Source: Zygnema circumcarinatum SAG 698-1b
Lineage: Eukaryota > Plantae > Zygnematophyceae
DNA: 64,000 bases
Assembly (NCBI GenBank): GCA_037447605.1
Contig: CM074811.1
Coordinates: forward strand, 2,976,001 to 3,040,000
Direction: 5' to 3'
Notes under the pieces: model-generated
What the model saw: only the letters and a program-made list of their open reading frames with translations
Database searches by the model: none
Told to the model about the DNA's origin: nothing
In this document: positions 54,065 to 64,000 of the stretch, one piece after another
Layout: every line of letters starts with the position of its first letter
Numbering within the stretch: the stretch's first letter is position 1
Program-made: the position numbers and the translations under genes

Positions 54065-56459
54065 ATGGCGACTGGAACTTACGCGCTGCTGCTCGCTACC
54101 ACAGCCATGGCTATTCTGATTTCCTTCACCCCGCTGCCTACCTCCGCCATGCAACCTCCCCTCTCCCCTCACTCTCCTCCGCGTTCCTCCAATCCTCCTA
54201 CACACTCTCTCCTGCCCGCTCCCTCCCCCTCCCCCTCTCCCTCTCCCTCCCAACCCTACCCGCCATGGCGGAGAGGCGAGAAAACCTTCCACCCCTCCGA
54301 CCTGTACCTCCTGTACCCCCCCTCCCCCTGCGACCTGTGGGTGGGCGTACGGCACCGCGCGGCGAGTCTGAGCTGCCAAACGAACGAGGCGGCGCTTTTC
54401 CGCCGCGTTCTCGCGCTCGACCTCAATTTGCGCATTCCAAAGGAACACAACGGGGGGGTCATGGAGACTCGCCCGCTTGAGCTTTACTTCGACCTGCCGT
54501 ACCTTCGCCAGTAAGGGCCCGAGTGGGGAATACTACTACTACTAAACAAGCAGGGAGGGATGCAGGGGTTTTGGTCGGGGGGGGAGGGGGGGCGAAGGGC
54601 TTTGTAATACATGAAATAAGATAAAAATAGGGTTGAATTTTTGAAAATTTGAAGGGGGGGGGGGTAAGATTCTGAAGTTGTCTATGTAGGAGGTCCGGGA
54701 CTGCCTGCAAGGATGACCCCAGTTGCTTTCTGGATTGAAACCTGGAGGCGTGATCAGGAATCGACTGACAAAGTCAAAATGTTTGTCGTTTTGTGTAGCC
54801 ATGTTGCTGTCATCGAGGTGAACAGTTTCTTGAAAGGATGGAAGCAGTGGGACCGAACGCATTCGAGGAAAAAGGCGACCTTGGAGATAGTTCCAATTCG
54901 TTTGGGGAACAGTACGGCGGTTTTGAGTCGAAGCACAGCCACCGTTGTGAAGCGGGAATACTCGGCCTCGGGGATGTACGGATTCTTGCCCTGCAGAGGA
55001 CCTGAAGGGGTGGGCATTCTGAATAATACCCTCTCCACTTTTATCTTGTCAAAAAGGGAGGAATCGCACAGGCTCAAATGTGGCACGAATTAATAAAAAT
55101 AGAATAGAATGATAATAATGATGATGATAATGATAGAATGGTGGTGGTATTGATTAAGAAAATCACTGCTGGATATGGGGTAGTATCTCAAACAAAAATC
55201 GTTTGTGCTTTCTGGAATGAAGGACATTCTTATTTCTCCGGTGAAGGAAGGTGAAAGTGAAGGTACTTTGTTGAGGTGTCTCCTTGTGAAGCAGTTGCTG
55301 CTTTCATAGAAGAACGCTGGTCAGTTTTCTAGATCGCTCGTCAATGTTGTATCTTTCTTCGCTGAGAACAATCATAATTCAATAATTCATATGCTGCCAT
55401 AGGGTCATCCTTCATAGATAATGCTCGCACATAGACCTTTGTCTCCCTTCCCTTTAAGTCGGTCGAGAAAGATACTCTTCCACGCTTTCGTAGTTTCAAA
55501 TGTGAAATCCTGAGATAGCCTCTAGTTCCGCTCAAATAACAGCTTGAAATATAATAGTAATCCCCCCCCCTGCTTCGAATTTGAGCGCAGCTCAGCGAAG
55601 TCGTCCAAGCAATTCGGTACGCCACTCCTCTGCGCAAAATTGCAGAGACCATTCTCTTGGATCTGCCAAAGGATACGGTCGGCTTGCACGTGCGAAGGGG
55701 AGATAAGCTAAAACTCAAAGAGAAATACCCTCATCTCCATAGCGACACTCAACCGGCTCAGTGAGTATCTCAGAGCTTGCTTGCTGGTGATGGCTCGTCA
55801 GATGCAGAGAGTTGGCTTCAGTAATAAAGGGGTGTAGAGAAAGAGAATACAAACTGACTAGTCGAAAACAGTGCCTTTCCTTTCTGCTAATGTTGTTAAT
55901 GATATAGAGTGTTTACCTCTATGAAGAATGCGTCAGTTCATACCTTTTTTACTGCTTGCTTCTTGCATGGCAGCATTATGGAGGTTCTCCGCGCGAGAAA
56001 GATTCCCAAAGGAAGAATGATCTACATTGCGACGAATGAGAGGGAAGATTTTTTCCAGCCACTCTCTGCTGTATATGAGCTGAGATTCTTAAGCTACTAT
56101 TCACATTTGTGGGCTCCGAATTCCTCATGGTGGAACAGTACCCTGCAGTCACTAGGCGGACGGGGTGCGCCCAAATTTGACGTTGCAATGCAGGTAAGAA
56201 AGTTGGCTCTGTATACAACTTGGCTGCTTGGACATTTTCTCATCTGCTTTTTCTTCTAAGGGTCTATTCCCCCTTCTCACTAGCACTGTTTAGTATTGAG
56301 AGAATGCTTTGGCCATGCTTCTTCATAGATTAAGAAAAGGGCATGGCTGAACTGTTGGCTATCTATCATCATGTGCAGGGCATTGTGGACTACTCAATAA
56401 TGCATGGACTCAAAATTCAGCTTGAAACCTTCAACGATTTGACCCCGGACCCAAGATGA
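54065..56459 (+). CDS. O-fucosyltransferase-like protein of the plant SUB1 (At4g08810-like) family, ~375 aa, with N-terminal signal/anchor
   Basis: Exons 54065-54510, 54799-55009, 55591-55760, 55974-56193 and 56379-56459, phases consistent. Motifs EAALFRRVLALD, LYFDL, LHVRRGDK, GRMIYIATNE..FFQPL and LETFNDLT. Confidence 0.85.
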
Positions 56460-57417
56460 TAAGCAAGGTAGGGATCAAACTCCAATTCCTTGCCAGAATT
56501 GGAGATTTCGGTGGCATATTAAAACGCTTGGAAAGGAAGAAGGAGCAGCTTAAGATTTTGGAGGGTCGAGAAACTCACCATAATCAACAGGCTTAAAACT
56601 TAATTGAGGATCACTGCATGCGCCAAGTAATAGGGCGCATTTCGTTGGTTGCAGCAGCAGAATGGAGAGAAGGAATGTCCCTTTCGCCCTTGAACTGAGA
56701 TGGCTACGAGGAAAATGCGAGCGAAATTTCATAGTTTCCAGCTCACGCAGTTCGTCTTTGTTCGCTACAAAGACAAAAAAAAAAAAAAAAAAAAGAGAAA
56801 AGAAAAAGCTTTTTTAGCTTTGTACAGAACATGGCCAAGGTTGTGTTACGCTGTACATTGTCTACTCAAATTGATCTGACCATAAAGGGCCAAATTTGCC
56901 TCAGGTTCTTGAGGATTTACTTCTAGATAGTGCTCTTTTCTTGGGTATGAAGTGACAATGACAGTTTTTACTTAAGGCTGATTCTCGGTAGTGTAGAAGC
57001 TCTAAGCCACTGTTAGTACTCAATTCTCTATATGCTGATGCCTCATCCTCTCAGAGCATGCTTTCCTCTGGGCAGATTGCATTCAAACTGACTCCAAATA
57101 AAGTATGCAAAGACATACAAGCACAAAGAAAACATACACATAAAAATACGACATGTATGAAGAAACCCGCAAGGGCCATAAAGCTCCATTAAGGGTAATC
57201 AAGAACGTACAGCTCAATGGTTAAGCCCACAGCTCTTCACCGCTAGCCGCTACAGCCTCCCTGTCCCCCCCCATAAATCAATACATGCTACAGGCTACAG
57301 CCGTACAAGCCCGGACCGCCCTCCTCCCTCAGCCCCAATGCAAGGGGCTGCTCCCCTAATGAAAAAAAAAACACACAAAGGGCGAGGCTCTCACAACCCT
57401 CACAGTCCCTCATAGGT

Positions 57418-57450
<33 letters not shown>

Positions 57451-57589
57451 CTGGCCGGCCTCGGCCCCCCGACTGGTCCTCCTCGGCCTCGGGCCAATCG
57501 TTGGTCGCCATGTGTCACGGCTGTCTCGCGACCAGTCATGTCGCTCCACGTCACACGCCTCTTGCGTTCTGCTCGCGCCACGTGTACAT

Positions 57590-57890
57590 ATGTCCGTACA
57601 ACAAAATCAATCTGTACGGCCGTACATTACCTGTCGGGTTTGGCGTGCTAGTGGAGCTCAAATCAAAAGTTCTAAACGTCAGGCCGTTTTATAAAACACT
57701 TTTAGAATGGCCGAACAATCGTAGAGTTGTACGGTCCTAATGTTTAACTGTACGGTCAGAGCGAGCGCCATTCCAGTTGCATTGGCGTGTTCAATTTCAA
57801 TGGTCGTACGGTAATTCTAAAAGTGTTCTGAAACTCTGAAACTTTTAGATATTAGAACATTCAAATTCTGAAATATAAAACGCTAAAAGT
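57590..57890. repeat. GTAC-rich dispersed repeat related to 26205-26480
   Basis: See the partner feature; multiple (C)GTACG boxes. Confidence 0.7.
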
Positions 57891-58754
57891 TGCTGTACGG
57901 ACAAATGTACATTCCTACTTGCTAGTTGGAAATGAAGTTTTCTCCAACGACCTTGAGCTTGTTGAGCCTGCACCGGCCGGAGGGAAAAAGGCGGCGGATA
58001 GCGCCAACGAAAGCACCACGTGTTACCCACGTGGCACCCTGCAAAGCATCAAACAGCCAATGCTGGAGCGTTTGAGGCTGCCCGCAGAATGTTTGGACTG
58101 CCGGTACAAGTATAGACCACGTGTCGGCGTCCAATTACTTCAGATAAATCGACAAGAACCAATAACGACAAAACCTGAGAAGCAACAACTTTTGTCCACG
58201 TCATGGCCACGTCAGCATCGCTCCAAAACAGTTGGAAGCCGCAACCTCCACCGTACGAAAAGAAAACTTTTGACGTCATCCTTCGGCAGCAGCGCTTAGC
58301 CTCTGCCTGAGATGACGTCATTAGTTGTCCATTTTCCTCTTATCCATGACGTCAGCAATCCCCGCCCTCGGCAGTCTCGCCGGGTCCCCCTCGATCCGTC
58401 CGAAAGCGGACACGGCATTCACTGCCACCCGTACTCTCGCCCTGCCACGTCGACGATATTTTTGAGACTCTCGACACGTGGCGCCATCTGATTCGGTCTT
58501 GCTGCCAGCTGGTGCACATTGGCTGGCCGCCCTCCTTGGAAATTGGAAACGTCCTAAAGCCCTGAACCCTTCCCGTTATAGCCCTCCTCTCTCGTTCCAA
58601 AACGAGTTACAAAAGAAACAAAGGGAAGAAAACCTCTCTTCCCCGCCTTGTCCTCGACCCTAACCCGGAACTCCACATTTCCGAGCCTGCTGGGAGGAGC
58701 CCTGAACCCGAAATCCTGCTCCCAGTTGGGCCCTGAACCCTCCCCTCCCCCCGC

Positions 58755-59362
58755 ATGGCGGCCGAGTCGGTCCTCGTGGTTTTGGTGGGGGTTCCGGCCG
58801 TGGTGGCGGTGATGAGGTGGCGGCGGAGGAGGGCGAGATGGGAGCAGAGCGGGCCCCTGTTGGAGCTGCAGCGGCGGGCGGCCGAGTACTTGCCGTACAG
58901 GTGGGAGAGCTCTCTCTAACTCTCCCTCTCTCGCTCTCTCTCTCTCACTCTCGCTTTCCTCCCTCTCTCTCTCCCCCTCTCGCTTTCGCCCCCCCTCTCT
59001 CTTTCCCCCCCCTCTCTCTCTCTCTCTCGCTCTCTATCTCTCTTTCTCTCCCTCTCACTCTTCCCCCCCTCTCCCACTTTCCTGCCCCCACATTCTCTTT
59101 CCCTCTCTTTTGATCATACCCCCTCTCGGGCTCCTTCTCTCTGCCTCTCCTCCCGCCCCTTTTACTTTTCTCTCTGTTCCCCGCTCTCTCCCTCTTTCAT
59201 TTTCTCTCGCTTTCCCACTCTCTCCTTTTTTTTATCTCTCTCTGCCGCTCTCTCTTTCATTCTCCTGGCTGCCTCTTTTCCCCCTCCTTATCCGGTCCTG
59301 CCGCTCTAATCTACGTGTTCCTACTCCTCTTACCACATCTTATTATGTTCCTTTTCTTAACC

Positions 59363-59414
<52 letters not shown>

Positions 59415-60105
59415 TACACACACCACCTCGGCCACTCTCTCACCCCATCTCCTCTCTCTCTCTCTCTCTCCCTCCCCCACCACTGGCAGTCTCCCTCCTC
59501 CGGACGACTCCCTCTCCCCCATGCTTCACATCACTCTCCTCTCCTTCACCGCGCCACCTGTCATCAAATCCTCCTCTCCCGGCATCGTTGTTCCGTTCCT
59601 TGTTCTCCGCTACGGAGCCGCCATGGAACTCTCCCAGCCCCTCTGGACATCCCCTCCCTCTATGGCCCCCCTCTCCCGCCTCCCTCTCTCCCCAGAGCTC
59701 CTCCGCCTCTCCCTCCCTCCTTTCCCCTCCTCCCCCTCCTCTCCCTCCCTTGAGCTCTTCCTCTACGGCAAAAAGCAGCGCCGCTCTCACCCAACTTGGC
59801 AAAGGTCAAAACTGCGACTCCTGGCAGCAGGAACCTTCAGCTTCCTTCCGCTTCCAGGAAGCTTCCTGGAGGGAGGGCCTGTGTCGCCCTATGGAGATGT
59901 AGTGGCGGTGCCGCTTCTCACACGCAAAGGGTTGCCAGCTGGCACTATCCAATTGGCTGTGGCCGTTGAGGGAGGCGGTGTGAGGGGAGGGAGAGGGCCA
60001 ATGGGAGGCTGCCACGTGGCGGTGAGTAGTGGGATGGCGCCGATTGTGGTGATATCTGCCGGGCAGGAGCCGGCCATCGCTGTTCCGACAGGTGGCGCGA
60101 TGTGA
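58755..60105 (+). CDS. Putative N-terminally membrane-anchored C2-domain-like protein, 2 exons, ~253 aa
   Basis: Exon 58755-58900 (MAAESVLVVLVGVPAVVAVMRWRRRRAR: TM plus basic cluster) splices in phase 2 to 59490-60105. That exon has a beta-strand pattern LHITLLS / PFLVLRYG / LELFLYGK / LLAAGTFS / VPL...GTIQLAVAV reminiscent of C2 domains. Confidence 0.55.
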
Positions 60106-61306
60106 AAGGCGGAATGGAGTCTCTTCTCTCTCTCTCTCCCGCTCCCTCTCCCTCTCTCCCTCTCCCCCCTCTCTCTCCCTCTCACTCTCTCTCTCTCTTC
60201 TCCCTCTCCCTCTCTCCCTCTCCCTCTCCCTCTCCCTCACACTCTCTCCCCCAGATCCTTTCCTCCCCTTACCATTTTAGGGGAGGAGAAATTCGAAGAT
60301 GAATGTTTGGATGTTCCAATATTTGTGAATTTGTACCAATCGTCGTTTTTTTTTTCTCCCCTGTCATAGAGGTATGGAGGAGTTATTATGTAAAAACGTT
60401 TTTCTACTTCAGATTTTAGGAGCAGGCGTTACTATCTAGCTTGGTTTAAGGCTTTTCAGTCTTTAGGGTTTTTGCATCAGAAGTGCGTCAGAGCACCGAA
60501 GTATGTTTAAGGTGAATAAGTAGCCGTGCTTCAGAGGTTCATTTTGGCACATTTTAATAGCATTTAAAGAGGGTTTTGTGTGGAGTATTTTATCGATGAA
60601 TAATCTGAAGACAAAAGAATTAAGGATTTATCGTGTCGTAAACAGATACTAAGGAACAAAGAAATGAAAAAAAGCACAGAAAATTTGCTGAGGGTAGAAT
60701 GCGTTCTGCAGTTGAATGGCGTTCCATGTTCAAACTAATTTTTAAATCTCAGGATGGAGTGGAGAGCTGGAGCGGGGAGAGGGAGGAGGAGAAATGGAGG
60801 GCGAGGGAGAGGGAAAGGTCAGATGAGAGGGGACGAGAGAGTGAGGGGGAGAAGCGAGAGGTGGGGAGAGAGAGAGAGGGAATGGGAAAAACATGGTCCC
60901 TAAATCCTATACCCCCCGCAATCCTTCATCCTGAACCTTGGAAGCCACCCCTGAACCCCAAACCCTGAACCCTTAACACTAAAATTCGCAAAGTAATCCC
61001 ACACCAATCCCATTCCAGCTTCCCTTTTGCATGGCCCCAATCGAAAGTGCACATCCACCCAGCCACGTGTTCACACCACAACGACCAACAGAACGCGATA
61101 TTGTTCAACCAACCTTTAAGCTTTAGCCAACGCTTCACAACCATTTTCTAGGAACTTACCAGCTCCCAAAAATCATGATACCCAAAATACTACAAAACTA
61201 ATGCCTTATCGCCTCCCCACTACTCTCTGCCCCTCTCCTCCTCTACTCCTCTCCTCCTGAACTCCTCCAAAACTCTTAAAAGAAAGAATCCTTCCATCTC
61301 GCCTCC

Positions 61307-63782
<2,476 letters not shown>

Positions 63783-64000
63783 ACGAGGCTACGGGGCGGA
63801 GGGGAGAGGGGCTTGGGAATGAGGGTGAGGCTTCTTCGTTGCGGGCTAAGCGTTTGGGGCTTAGGGTGGACGATTTCACGGCTGAGGGCGTGAGGGTGAG
63901 GGTGAGGGTTCAGGGTTGAGGGTGGAGGCTGGCGGGAGTGAGACAGAAGGCTTTGGGTTGTTTGACAGGGCGTGGAGAAGTTTTTGTTTATTAAGGGGCG

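Noticed and set aside
55341-55718. Nested antisense 125-aa ORF
   Set aside because: Partly the antisense shadow of exon 3 (HVRRGDK exon); no recognisable motif or splice support.
56579-56732. Minus-strand signal-peptide-like exon with a perfect G/GTGAGT donor
   Set aside because: Every nearby acceptor I tested gives an immediate stop, and it lies just downstream of the O-fucosyltransferase-like gene.

Overview
Eukaryotic, intron-rich genomic DNA from a draft assembly, with one 100-N gap and many 10-N gaps. By inference it is a streptophyte green alga, possibly a zygnematophyte. This rests on plant-type LRRs, CASP-like genes, an RLK/Pelle-type kinase, a SUB1-family transferase, telo-boxes, GC-rich first exons and very long polypurine/polypyrimidine introns. 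I built gene models by hand from GT/GC-AG boundaries and reading frame. In order: (1) a 5'-incomplete secreted-type LRR gene with 13 tandem ~197-bp exon+intron modules (one 72-nt exon per LRR), a Cys-rich/EGF-like exon and a basic Pro-rich tail; (2) insulysin-like M16 peptidase, cut by the gap, head-to-head with NDUFA13; (3) an intronless bacterial-type erythromycin-esterase-family gene with a transit-peptide-like N-terminus; (4) two identical-protein USP-domain genes in a ~4 kb inverted repeat around an ABRE/G-box-rich spacer; (5) an intronless kinase-Sel1 fusion; (6) three CASP-like genes plus a relic first exon, with a ThrE-family exporter among them; (7) an uncharacterised GT-A-like glycosyltransferase; (8) proline iminopeptidase; (9) a SUB1-family O-fucosyltransferase-like gene; (10) a TM-anchored C2-like protein; (11) PCNA. 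Also present are Tc1/mariner- and PIF/Harbinger-type MITEs, GTAC-rich dispersed repeats, telomere-like arrays and two duplications that look like assembly artefacts. Most long ORFs in the supplied track are low-complexity translation artefacts. The strongest candidate for an undescribed system is the frame-symmetric LRR exon-cassette array; the 12-23 kb intron-poor stress/defence-like block is second.
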